A DNA stretch of 64,000 nucleotides from the human T2T-CHM13v2.0 reference genome, Homo sapiens: the NCBI RefSeq assembly GCF_009914755.1, contig NC_060926.1, one strand, 5' to 3'. Below the pieces are notes generated by a model. It had not been told where the DNA came from and did not search any database. It worked only from the letters and a program-made list of their open reading frames with translations. Below, one piece after another: positions 27,795 to 40,771 of this stretch (the stretch's first letter is position 1; each line of letters begins with the position of its first letter). The translations under genes were made by a program, and so were the position numbers.

Positions 27795-29051
27795 ATTCAC
27801 CTCTTAGTTTTTAGCATTAGATCTGCATTCCCTCACAGGTTTTTTTCTCTTTCCACAAATGGACCAAAATTCCGGTTGAAAACTCTGGGTGTATCCAGGG
27901 TTTGAGAAAATAATTGATAGTTAAATAACTTAAGTGGTTAGTCCTCCCCTGCATGATCCCAACGGAGAACACAAAGGCTGGATAGTTATACGTCAGCTTT
28001 TTTGACCATTGACTCCCAACAGGATTTTTCCCTTCTACTATTGAAGTGATCATTTCTCAACTGTTGTCTGTTCTATTGTTGGACTGCTTTGGTTAGAAAG
28101 CTGTAGATGCTAGAAGGTTCTTCCCAATATTAAGAAAAATTCTGGAGTGAACTTTCTTGCCTTCTGGTAAATCTAGAGCTATTCTTTGGAGTGACATAAA
28201 GCAAGACTCATTCTCCTTTGCTGTCACATGTTTGAAGATGGAATTGTGCTGCTTCTGAGCCATCCTTCCACCAATTAAAAATGCCCCAGTTCCTTATCTC
28301 TGCCTTCTGGACAATGTGCTTTTTCAGTATGTCCATCTGAGTATGGGCCTGAAACTGAACATAGTATCCCAAATATAACATTCTGTCTAGCCCAGGGGGG
28401 TGTGGTTACTTCCCATTAGACATAGTGTTACTTTCAATGCAAACAAAGTTTTTGCCCTGTTTTAATATATTTGCATCCCACTATTAAAACATCTATATTC
28501 TACTAAGATTGTGATAAGCAAAAATCTTCATCCTTTAATATAGGACTTGGTAGCTGGCTGAGTCTTCAGTTGTACTTGTATTATTGATTTTTCAAAAAAA
28601 TACTACATGTGAGATTTTACATTTATTTCTATTAAATGCATCTTGTGGCTTTAGGATGGTGTTCTGGCCTACAGAGGCCATGTTGATACTCCCAGGAGCA
28701 CAGACTAGGACAGGACAGGAAGACTATCCAGGGAAAGCATGGCCCAGTCTGGACTACTTCTAGGCAAAAATCTTTGGACTGCGGTTTATGTTATATAGTT
28801 GCATCATTATACATCCAGAATATTATGCATATTAAATTATTTTTCTATTTTGGCCAGATATTTATTCTTAAAACACACACACGTAGTAACATAGATTCTT
28901 GTTGCAAGAGAGTCAATCAGTATATAAAAATATGCAGAAAAATGAGAATAAAATGAGAAAACTCACACTCCCACCCCTTCCCAGAGTAACCATGGGTACC
29001 ATGTGCCTTCTATTTATGTACATGCATACGGTTGTACATATAGATAGATAG

Positions 29052-29406
<355 letters not shown>

Positions 29407-30079
29407 AACATTATTTTTTCAACCATCAACGGCGACTTAGATGGTCATTTGTGTTGTTCTCAACTCTATTATTAGAGACTCCACTGCAGTGATTTCACTT
29501 TTCTGTGCAATTCTGAATCCATTTGCAAATGTTCCCCCAGTATCGATTCTCAATAGAAATGCTTGAGCCATAGGGATATATGCATATATGCTACATCCTC
29601 ACTGTCTTCTAAAAAGGTTTGCCAATTCCCATCTCTATGAACCTTGGCTTTGTACCAAGTAGAATGTACCTAAATACTTTTCCTTCTATAAAGGATGGTT
29701 ACTTTGACTTAGGTTTGCCAACATGGAACAAAACAAACAAAACAAAAATTTTACTTGTCTTTCAGACCTATTTCTTCTCTTAAAGAATACATATGCCTGT
29801 GTTCAGATTATCTCCTCTTCCTGACAAATGAGGGAAATCCCCAGATGAAAGCTGATAAAACATTAGACGGGGGTGATTCCGGACCTCCACATCCCTATGG
29901 AACACATCACAGAAGCCAGGATTGGAGAGCCAACTCCACACACCTCCATATCCCCTCTTAGATGAATGGCAATTCTTTACAGGCCGTGGGCGCAGGCCCA
30001 AATGCCTTCTGGGCTTGTCTAATCCTCCAGAGGATATCAAAGGCAATACAGCCAGCATACCCAATCATTAGGAGTTTGG

Positions 30080-30770
30080 CTTCTGGGACCGGGCACTCTT
30101 GGGTGTGAGCACCAGCTCTCTTATTTATAAGCTGTAACCTTGGCCATGTTATTTAACCCTTCTGAGCCTGACTTTCCTCACTTGTACAAGACAGGTAATA
30201 TACCAACCACAGAGGGTGGTTTTGAGGATTAAATGAGATATTGATTGTAAGAAAACAAATAGCATAGTTGATGGCAGAGTGAGCACCCAATAACAGTTAG
30301 CCATTATCATTATTACTACTACTTACTAAGTCCTTACTTCTGTCCAGTAAAATCCAAGACATGGCAAGGACTTGAACCTCGCAGGAATAAAAACATGGCC
30401 CACTTGGTTCAGCGTGACAGCTCTCAGGGTGGCGTGCCGTTACCCACCTGCAAATTCCTAACAGCCCAAAGTGGCACCAGTCACTTCCTCCTTGCGTTTC
30501 TCAGGCAGCACATTGAGTGGCTGCTAGCATCACTCCAGAGCCAGACTGAATCTGAATCTGGCTCTCCTACTTACACCGGAGTGACTTCCATGCTAGAAAT
30601 CGCTTCTCTGGGTCCAGCTTACACTTAAGTGAATGGAGATGTAAAATGGAGACGATACCAGTACCGATTATGCAGAGTTGTGGTGAGGACTGAATGAACT
30701 AATACATGTAAAGCTTTTAGAAGGGTGCCTGGCATGTGGTGGGTGCTCAGGCATCATTAGCTGTTATCAT
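30080..30770 (+). mobile_element. Two MIR fragments (~30080-30320, ~30520-30770)
   Basis: MIR core motifs: ctgtaaccttggcc...tctgagcctgactttcctca, gaggattaaatgagata, tgtaaaatgg...gttgtggtgaggactgaatga. Confidence 0.7.
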
Positions 30771-31925
30771 TATTCTGTGGGAGGCCATTTGCCGCTGCCT
30801 TAAGAAGGCTGATCTCACAGAAACATCTGCTGTTGGCAGAAGAGCTCAGCACCAATAGCCAATTTGTGTTTCCCTCCAACTCCCAGATGGCAGCTCTGCA
30901 GCACTTTCTCCTCATCTAATTTCTCCTCACCCAGACGCGCTCCACATCAGGACCCTTAGGTAGTACAGAGACAGTTCTTTAGGCAGGGGGATGCCATGTT
31001 CCCAAAAGAGCCTGATGAGGCCATAGTAGGCCTCTTCCACCAAGCTATGCTTTCGGTCAGTCCCTCTGTGACTGTTACGGATGCTTTGTAGCCCTGTGGC
31101 AATGAGGCTCCAGGACAACACTCATGCAATTCCCTGCTGAGGAGAGTTCAGAAAACTCCATGCTGTGCAGTGCAATTGGGAGGAAACTCAAGGGAGTGCT
31201 GTCGTGGGACCTCCCGGTGGTGATTTGTACAAATGACGCAACGCTATCCAGCTTCCCAGAAAACACCGCCTTTTTTTCTTACATTACAGCTCTGAGTCAA
31301 AGTGTACTGTGGCCTCAGACCTGGGGCATACAGCCCATTTGACAGCCACAATGAGGGAAACAGCCTACTTCTGGAGCCTGTACCAGAAGGCAGAACGGGA
31401 GACTCCCAGCTCTCCCTTACTAAAGGCCAGGGAGGAAATTGTCTCGAATGCTCTCCAGTCCAAAATGGAAAGTTAGATTCAATGGTCTGTACTCTTGGGC
31501 TGACTAACCTCCGTTTTTCCTTTTCCCATTGTGCTGAGTCAGCCACGGGGGGTGGGTTGTGCATTTTAAGGGTTTGAATGCAGAAGGAAGGAAGGCTTCC
31601 CAGTTTCTGAGCCTTGAGAAGGTGGCACTGTGGCCTCCAACCAGCAGCCATGCCCCCAGGCACCTCATTCTCCTACACTATTTCAGGGACTTTCTGGTGC
31701 AATAAGGATGTGACTGAGCCCTGAGCCCCCAGGTTACCAGCCACACCCCAGTGGAATCCCGGGAGCTACGGGGTAAAATGGAATCCTCTTCCACAGCAAG
31801 TGCACAGAAGGCACTCAGGGCTGGTGGGAACCTCCATTTCTGCCCTCATTTACTCTGGACTCTGAACCTAATACCTGAGGCTTCCTGCAGCAAATCAGAG
31901 AGGTGAAGAGCAACTTACACGTATC

Positions 31926-32030
31926 TTTTTTTTTTTTTTTTTTTTTTTTGAGACAGGGTCTCTCTATGTTGCCCAGGCTGGTCTTGAACTCCTGGGTTCA
32001 AGGGATCCTCCTGCCTCAGCCTCCTGAGTA
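31926..32030 (-). mobile_element. Truncated FLAM/Alu monomer
   Basis: Poly(T) followed by gagacagggtctctctatgttgcccaggctgg; TSD-like acac(g/a)tatc. Confidence 0.88.
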
Positions 32031-32972
32031 ACACATATCACTCAACAAGGAATAAACACCACAACAATTTTGAGTACCACAGTCGGAGCACTGTGTCCTG
32101 CTAAATGTGAGGAGCATTCTCTCTGATGTTATCATCATAAGGCCAGGGCCTGTGGCTTAAGCTCCTCCGTTCCCTTAGAGTCTCCCACACCACACAACAA
32201 GTTTGGAGACAGAGAAAGTAGCTAATATTTCCCCCTAAGTGCCAGGCACTGTTTTCTATTTTTTACATTGACAGTTTCATTTATTTCTCCCAATCATCCT
32301 AAAAATATTGGTATATTTAGCCTGCTTTATATACAAAGGGATTAAGGCTCAGAGACAGTAAACTATTTGCCAAATGTCACAGAGGTTGCAAGTGAGAGGG
32401 GTCAGGATTTGAATTCAGGTCTGCAGGCACCAAAGCCCATCTATACCACACCAGTACACATTTGTTGACTCACTGCGTATCATCCTAAGTCTTACAGAAG
32501 CCCCACCCCTCTAACTACAGTAACTGTAGAGGTCTCTAGTACTGTTATGCCTATTAGGGACCTGGGCCACCCCACTGCCTTCTCCTGCCCTGTGAGCTGA
32601 CTCCCTCCAGGAGCCCAAGACCACAACAAGCAAAGCCATCTTGTTGCCAGAGCCTGATGCAACTCACACCCTCTTCCTCCCCTCCCCTTGCAGAATATCC
32701 TTGGTATCTGCCCAGCAATTTAATCTCCACAATTTACAATCAAATCTTGGGATGGCTTAGAAAATCTTCCTTTAACACAGTGGCTGGAACATGCAGAGAG
32801 TTGGCATGCAGCCTCCACATGGGCTTCATGACTAGATCTGCTACACTCAAACCCATTATATTGAAATTACCATAAAATTCACACTATTCCAATCCTCAGA
32901 AATGATGGTTTTATTTAGAAGTAAGTGAGCAAAAGCAATGATTTCATAGGCCCCAGTGCCAAAATCTTAGCT

Positions 32973-33444
32973 CAATGTTTCTCAAATGTTTTGTTTTCAG
33001 AACCTCTTCAAAGTCTTAAAAAATATTGTAGAGTCCAAAGAACTATTGTTTAGCTAAGTATCTATCAATATTTATAATTCTAGAAATTAAAGCTGAAAAA
33101 CTTATAAAATATTTGTTAGTTCATTAAAAATAATAAACCTAATACATGTTAACATAAATAACATTTTATGGAAAATAACTAGTTTCCAAAATTACAAATA
33201 TTTAGTCAGAGTGGGCAGTTTTAAAAAATATTGTTACAAATCTCTTTAATTTATGACTTAACAGAAGATAGCAGGTGACTCACATCTGTTTCTGCAGAAA
33301 GACCCCCCAGTAAATTTGTAAGAGAATGAGAGTTAGAAATGCAAATAATGTTTTATTCCCACAGCTGTAACCTTGTGGGTTTCCTGGAAAGGGTCTCAGG
33401 GGCCATCCCGACGGGGTGCCTGGACCACACTTTGAGAACCATTG
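32973..33444. mobile_element. hAT-Charlie (Charlie1-like) internally deleted DNA transposon
   Basis: TIRs caatgtttctcaaa / tttgagaaccattg with AT-rich interior. Confidence 0.7.
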
Positions 33445-33469
33445 TCTAAACTTAAGAGTGTGTTTTTTG

Positions 33470-33767
33470 GGCCGGGCGCGGTGGCTCACGCCTGTAATCC
33501 CAGCACTTTGGGAGGCCGAGGCGGGTGGATCACGAGGTCAGGAGATCGAGACCATCTTGGCTAACACGGTGAAACCCCGTCTCTACTAAAAAATACAAAA
33601 AATTAGCCTGGTGTTGTGGCGGGCGCCTGTAATCCCAGCTACTCAGGAGGCTGAGGCAGGAGAATGGCGTGAACCCCGGAGGCGGAGCTTGCAGTGAGCC
33701 GAGAGAGCGCCACTGCAGTCCGGCCTGGGCGAAAGAGCCAGACTCCGTCTCAAAAAAAAAAAAAAAA
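33470..33767 (+). mobile_element. AluY
   Basis: CpG-rich; gagatcgagaccatc, gctaacacggtg and agaatggcgtgaac diagnostics; TSD aa(g/a)agtgtgttttt. Confidence 0.96.
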
Positions 33768-33777
33768 GTGTGTTTTT

Positions 33778-33782
<5 letters not shown>

Positions 33783-33823
<41 letters not shown>
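33783..33823. repeat. (GT)n microsatellite
   Basis: About 20 uninterrupted units. Confidence 0.98.
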
Positions 33824-33827
<4 letters not shown>

Positions 33828-34944
33828 TCTCTTCATCCAAGAAAAATCTAAATGGGCTATTGTCTTGGCGTAGGAAGTAGGTGAGGGTGCGGTGGATTTC
33901 AGAAAAAATAATGTCCCAGTTACTGATTTTAAGAGAATAGCCCTGAGACAAGTGTGGGCGCATTGAAACACCACTGCAACCCTCTAAACTATTGCAGAGT
34001 TGCCACCACCAGGTGTCTGGCTAGAAAGATGTCATCTTCCCAAGACAGCTACCTGCCCAGATGATGTACCTTAGCCCCAGGAAGGAGGAGGAAGAAGAGG
34101 CAGACAGAATGATGCCCAAACCCCTGCGGCCCGGAGACGAGGTAGTGCCTGAGTCAGGAAGCTGGGAGAGCCCAGCTCAGTGGAAGAGGCATGTGGATCC
34201 TGGTTAGGTGTGAAGCCAGGAGGGCTTCTTAGCCACAGCCTGAAATCGAAGCCCAGGATCGAGCCACAGTCTGAAATTTTTGGATCGCAGCTCTGCCAAT
34301 TAAACCAATGGTAACAATAATAATGTACTGTCATATATGTAAGAACTGCCATATATGGAGCATTTTGAGCCAGGCAATGTGCCAAGCACTTGACAGAAAT
34401 CATTTCATTAATCCCACACAGCCAACCCTTTGAGATAACCATTGCCCTCATCCCTTTTTTACAGACAAATAAAGCAAGGCAGGAAGAGTTGGAATTATCA
34501 ATCAAGGTCACACACACTATGTTGGTTGAGCTGAAATTTGAATTCAGTTCCGCCGGGCTGCAAAAACTCTCTGCTGCTTCCCAGCTGCACCAGCTAGGCA
34601 AACTCCTGCCAGAGGAAATCTCACAGTTGGAGTGCAGTAGGCATAGATTTCTCCTACTTAACTGGGGGGAGGCTGTAGTCACAGCGAAGGGAATATTATT
34701 GTGTCCCATGGGAAGAAACATGAAGACGGAGTGGACGCTTCATTCCTACTCCAATCAGCCATCTGGAGGGTTCAGGGCTGAACTGTAGTGGGGGCATCAC
34801 AAAACTTAGGGAGGTGAGGAGCCTCCCTTAGGGAGGTGACAGCCTGAGTACATGGCCCCCAAGCTTTCAGATCCCTTCCTGCACCCCTCCCCACCTAGCT
34901 CTGCACTTGGCATTGTTGCTACTAGCCAGGAAGTCTGAGATCTG

Positions 34945-35589
34945 CGCAAACCCCGCCCTTCCCCGCCGCCCCCGTAAGCACTACCGTCCCTTCAAAGTTC
35001 AGACGTGGGGTCCTTTGGAGCCCTGCTCCCTAGAGGGTCGCCTGGCACATGGCCACCTCCACATCCCGCCCCTTCTGAGCTCAGCCTCCCAGAGGTGTGA
35101 ACTTCTTACAAACACACACTATCACCCAATTCCCTGGAAAAACAAACAGGACAATTGTGTGAAAATTCCATTCTAAGGCATCCTCCCTTCTCTGTAACCA
35201 GAGGCTCCAAGGAGTTCAGCATAGCACGAGCTTTTAATTTGCGTGCAGACAAGCACAAAAGGCACAACCGGATATACCTGTTATTTCCCAATGACCTGAG
35301 AGCCCGAAGTTTATGTTAAGCCTTGGGTTATGGCACAGCTTGCACGCAAGGCCCTGCAGCTCCTGCAGGCAATTGAGAGGTGGTGGTGTACAGGACAGAG
35401 GAACAACTCTGAAGTGACAGCACATAATTTAATTCCCCCTAAGCTTTCCAAGCATGCAGACTGTTCCTTTTTTGTCAGCGTATAACCTAAGTGATTTGTT
35501 CTACTCAGGCAAGAAATGTCTAATTTAAACCACATTGCAGCTAAGCCCTTAGTGAAGAAGGAGAACTCCTTGAGGCTTAGCCGTGCGTG
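34945..35589. promoter_or_regulatory. Candidate distal AhR enhancer (GC boxes plus XREs at 35239-35245, 35343-35349 and 35583-35589)
   Basis: Two TTGCGTGCA copies in opposite orientation, a GTGCGTG, and a ccccgccc cluster in apparently unique sequence. Confidence 0.6.
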
Positions 35590-38460
35590 GTTAGGCTGGT
35601 GGTAGCTGAGGCAAAGCAGACCTCTTTCAGCCCCTGTATTTCTTACTCAGGTCATGACTGGAGATACGTGGGTTGGGGGGCTCTAATCACCACACTCACT
35701 CTTCTGTCTCACACTTCATCCCTCGTGAATGGGTTTAGTTTTAGTAAGAATGTTTACAGGAGAGTGTTGGCTACATGTCCCCAACATCCCGGGTTTGAGT
35801 CCCATCTGAGCCACCAGGAGTTGGGTGACTTCAGGGAAACCTCTTAAACTCTAACCATTGTTTTTTCTTCTCTGAGAAACAGGACAAATCGGTAGTGGGG
35901 GTGCACAGATTGGCACATTTTCGTGGCAAGCGATCTGGCTTAGGAAGCAAGAGATCTGTGCTCCAGCCTAGCTTTGTTCCCAACTAGCAGTGGATTTGCA
36001 GCAAGGAACTTTTCTCTGGGCCTCAATTTCCTCATCTGTAAAATAAGCAGGCTGGATGAAATGGTCTTTGAAGTTCCTTCAGCTATAAAATACTATGTAT
36101 GTCTTAAATCACTTGGAGTTTGACAAAATAATAGTTATAATAATTTTAATTATTATTGTGATTTCTTCCTACAATCCCAAAGATTTCACTAGCCATGCAA
36201 ATCTTTTAAAATTCTTCTTTAAAAGTACTTTTCTTGGCCTTACTGACATGAAGCAAAGAAGGATTCTAGGCCCCCAGATGGTAGGATTTGGGGTAGACAT
36301 TCTGTGTCTGTCTCATTCCCCATGGAATTATCAAATTTCCCCCCTAGCCACGCCAGACTGCTAAATGGTCTCTAAGTATAGCCTACATTTCAAGGCTGTT
36401 TCCTCAGCCAAAAATGCCCCTTCTCCTTGTCTGCTGTGAAACTCCCTTCCTTTTACCCTCCTCTTTCCATTATGGGACAGTTTTCTCTTCTGGGCTCCCT
36501 TGAGCACTTCACACTATTATTCCATTGACTTCATGCTGTTATTTTTGGTTTTGTATTCAATATATCTTTGCTCAACTAGACCCTCAGGAACTCTGTCATC
36601 TGTACCACCCAGCCTCTCCTTCCCAGCCTTCCCCAGCACCTGGTACACATTCATGGAAGAATTAACTTTTGAACCCTGTGGATTTCATCACAATAGGATA
36701 AGAATGCTGCATGGGTTTAGGATAGACGTTCACAATCTGAGATGAGCAGTGCTAGCCCCAGTCCCCAAAGGAAACCTAGTTAGGGTGGTGATTAGAGACA
36801 TTTTGAACAATTACTTCAGGAAAGGATCAAATTCATTGAAAAGCTGCTTATCTTAGTGAAAATGTTGTAACTGTGGAAAGACATAAAAGACAAAATGTTC
36901 ATAACTGTATCCTTGGAAGTGCCTTTCTTTAAAGAATAGGAATCATCTCACCAAAGTATTTGAAGAAGAATGTGTGTGGTTGTTTGCATGTAGCTGCCTA
37001 TACTTAAGAATGTTACATATTTCATTTCTCCCAGGATCACTCAGCCTAAGAGAAGAATTCGAGGTTACTTTTAGGGAGGAAAGGACACTTACACTGGGAA
37101 TTCAATCGATGGTAGTTAAGCGTCCTTTTTCTTTAATAATTGGGATAAGTATGACACATACAACTTTACATAGCATGCTCGGGGAGTGAGGAGAGAAGCT
37201 AGAGAAGACTGAGATGAGTGAAATGCAGGCTTGATTGAGAAACTAAGCAGAATTTCTACTAACAGTGAGGATTGAGGGAGAAGCGTTCCTGTAATGGAGG
37301 GGAAATGAATAAAACCTCGACTCCCAGCTCGACAGGGACCTTTCTTCTCCTAGCCAGCTGGAATGCAAGCTTTAAAAAAAAAGGAAGTGTGGGGAGGGCT
37401 ATTTTTTTTAATAAGACGTCTCAGAAATGATCATGAACACAGTAAAGCTGGTTTTCAAAAAAGGAAAGTGAGAAAAGTAGTGACAACTTGAAGCTGGTAG
37501 TTGAGGAAGAAGGAGAACTTCTGAACCCATGAAGAGAGTATACCCGGTTTGGGTGGGCAGGACTCCAAAGCCTTTAGGATCGATGGACCAGAACAGAGAA
37601 ATGAAAATGCAACAAGAACAGCTGTGGGGAAAAGGCAGAAGGGGGGTAGGAAGCGAAGAGGGTGTGTACTTTTCCTTTCTGATCTGAGAAAGGGAAATTT
37701 TGTGCTGGGAAGAGTTACGCGGGAGGAGGAAGGAAAGGCGCCAGGAATGCCTGGAAGGTATATGATGTCTGACCTTATGATCTCTTGCAACAATTTCTAC
37801 ACCGATTGTGTCCCTTCACCTCTGCTCTAAAAATGTGGTTAGGTAAATATCTGTTTTATTAACATTGTGAGAAATTAGCCTCGTTTACAGAATTCCACAA
37901 AACAACTTGCAATAATGAGAGGCTGCTAGGATGTAGGTGATACTAGGAGAAGCAATGCCTTGTCTGAACCCCCAGGGCTCTGGAGGCACCGCTTTGGGTT
38001 TAAAATCTTTCCTTAGTGACCTTGAACGTAATGAAATAGGAGAGAACGTTGATCTTAGAGTAGTAATAGCACAAACCACAGCCTTAATGCCCAGCAGGCT
38101 TAGTTCGCTGGAATAATTAGCCTAGGAAATGCATGACTTAAGATGTCCCCACAGTGGCCCCCACAAAGTCTGAAGGGGAAACAAAGAGAAAGCCAGAGAG
38201 CCTTTCATAGAAGGGAACCAACTGCGTTTACATGCAAAAGATCCATCTCCTGTGGCTACCTAAGAGCAGTGACTCTCTGGGGGTGGAATAATTTATACAT
38301 GTGTAAAAACATTTATTTTTCTACATATTTACTTCAAGCATGTGTTAAAATATCTGCAAACAACTCCAGACCCCCTCCCCATCTTATTTTTATCCTAAAG
38401 GCAGTGTTACATGGATATCCAAATGTTTAGAGAGGACAATCTTAAATATACAAAAGAATG

Positions 38461-38461
38461 A

Positions 38462-38500
<39 letters not shown>
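38461..38500. repeat. (ATAA)10 microsatellite
   Basis: Directly visible. Confidence 0.97.
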
Positions 38501-40771
38501 AAAAAAGATTTCCTAATTTGTCACCACTTGCATGCTGGAAACCGACAGCGCTAACTTGGGTAATATCCTTTTAACTCTGATTGAATTATATGTTAATTCC
38601 TTGCGGTGGTCTTAGATTTCAGACGCTATTAGCAAATTATGGAGGAAAAGCAAGATCATATGATTCATGAACTATCACAGCAGCAACAGTTTCTAATTTC
38701 CACCCATCCTCTGTGTCATGTGATATGTTTCAGAAACTCACTTAAAATTGAGAAAATAAGCCATTCCTAATTGTACTTAAGTAAGGAAATAGCTCATTTA
38801 TGAATCTAAGAAGATTAAAGAATATGGCTTTAGTGTGTTTGTTTAGAATCTATGCCAAAATTTTTTTCCGAAGCATAAATCTGGTTTTTTTTCTTTTCCT
38901 TAAAAAAAACTTTAATAAAGCCAAAGAAAGAAAGAAAGGAAAGAAAGAAAGAAAGAGGGCTCCACATGCAGTTTCAGCACTAAGGGATCCTGACAAGTAA
39001 TTCACCTCTGCTTTGAATGTGGGATTTTTGCACTCTATGATATATACCTTTGGAGTGGTTTTGTTTTCTTTGTGGTTTTTTTTTTGTTTGTTTTTTGTTT
39101 TTTGTTTTTTTTGTGTGAGACAGTGGATTTTTTTATCCATCATTGCATTATTGGAGTTTTATGTGATTTAATGTATAAAAAGTGAGGCTATTCTCCAACT
39201 AGTTGTTTGGGTTTCTGTAAAGTTCAATTTCCACAGTTTACCTCAAGAGGTCTTTTAAAAATGAAATTTCAAGCATGTTGCTTGATATTCTTTAACATGT
39301 TCTCAATTAATTTGCAATAAAGTCCAGCCCCCTTCCTATTGCACACTATTGTACCCTTCCTGCCTTTTTCATGCACTGCTCTCCACCCACCCTGGCTTCC
39401 CGGCTTTGCCTCCAACGTCAGAGTGATTTCTGGGCTTGCTTTTTTTTTTTTTTTTTTGCCTGGAAACTTCTTCTCTGAAGAACTTTCAAATGGCTGCCTT
39501 CTTCATGTATCTCCTCTCGGAGCATCATTCCCTGACCTTCCTTTCTAGGGCTCTGAATCCACCCCATTGCTGTCTATCCAGTCAGTCTCTCTTTTCTAGC
39601 TGGCATCCATCACAAGCAATCTGCTTATCTTGTTTTTGGTGAGTTTATATCTGTTTCTACCACTGGATTATAAATACTTCCAGGATAGAGATCTAGTTTA
39701 TATCACTCACCATTCTCTTCCCTTAGTGCCTGGTATGTAGTAGGTGTTCAATAAATGTGTACTGAAAGAATGGATGAGTGATATGATATTGATCTGTACC
39801 TATTTTTTCTTTTTAGTCTATCTTTGTTGAGTTTTGGTATTGATTTTATGTGTCAGTACCTGAGAAGGAGAGAAGTCCTTGAGTTGTTTCGTAAATGTGG
39901 CTCAAGTGAGATGCTGAACAGTGCCAGCCATGTGGACTCTGCCACAGTGAAGGAGGAAGGTAGAGAAAATGGGTTCCAGTGTGTGTGTATGTGGGGGTGG
40001 GAGGGGTGTGTTGATTTAGGGGTGTACAGAAAATGGTGGTGTGCTTCATGACTTTTTTTTTTAAAGAATGAAACCAGGACATCAACTGAGCATATAAGAG
40101 GGGAAAGTGGTGCAGTAGGGTTAAGGCATAATGAAAAGATTTAGAATTATCCTAAAAGAGTAGGAAAGCAAACCACGTAGAGATGTATAATAGAATTCCA
40201 GTGTTGAGTTTCCATTTTATCATCATGAATTTGAAGTGAGACAGCTGGAATTTGGGATTTCCCTAACACTTGAGCTGGGAAGGTAAATTGTTAATCACTT
40301 TTATGGAGCCAGTGTCCTTTGACCAAGCAATCCTAGTCTAGGAATTTATCCTAAAGACAATTGGACAAGTTTGAGAAAATGCATATACAAAGTCGTTTAA
40401 CAAAATATTTTATTATAATTGACAACAAATAAATGGAAAGTACCTAAATATTCAGCAATATGGGATTGGATAAATTCTGAAACATACAATGGGATATTTT
40501 GCAGCTATTAAAGACTGTCTGTCTATATTCATTGATATGATGAATAGGTATGATGAGTTATTGGTGAAAAAAATGCAGTTTTCAAACTAGCACATAGTGT
40601 AAAACCCTTTTTTAAAAGTCGTTTACACTCATGTATTTTAGCATAAAGAAAGACATGGAAGGATGTTCACCAAAATGTTAAATCTTCTCACCCTCTTCTA
40701 TGTATCTTTTTGAATTGGGTGAAATGTTCTATAATGAGTATTTGAAAACAGAATAAACAGAAAAAAAAAGA

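Noticed and set aside
27608-27814. (ER)n and (SL)n ORFs
   Set aside because: Microsatellite translations
34071-34788. 216-aa and 132-aa ORFs
   Set aside because: They cross MIR-derived sequence, show no domain similarity and have no splice support
34805-34845. Short direct repeats (cttagggaggtga x2; similar ones at 25508, 34231 and 44734)
   Set aside because: Ordinary slippage-type micro-duplications with no evidence of function
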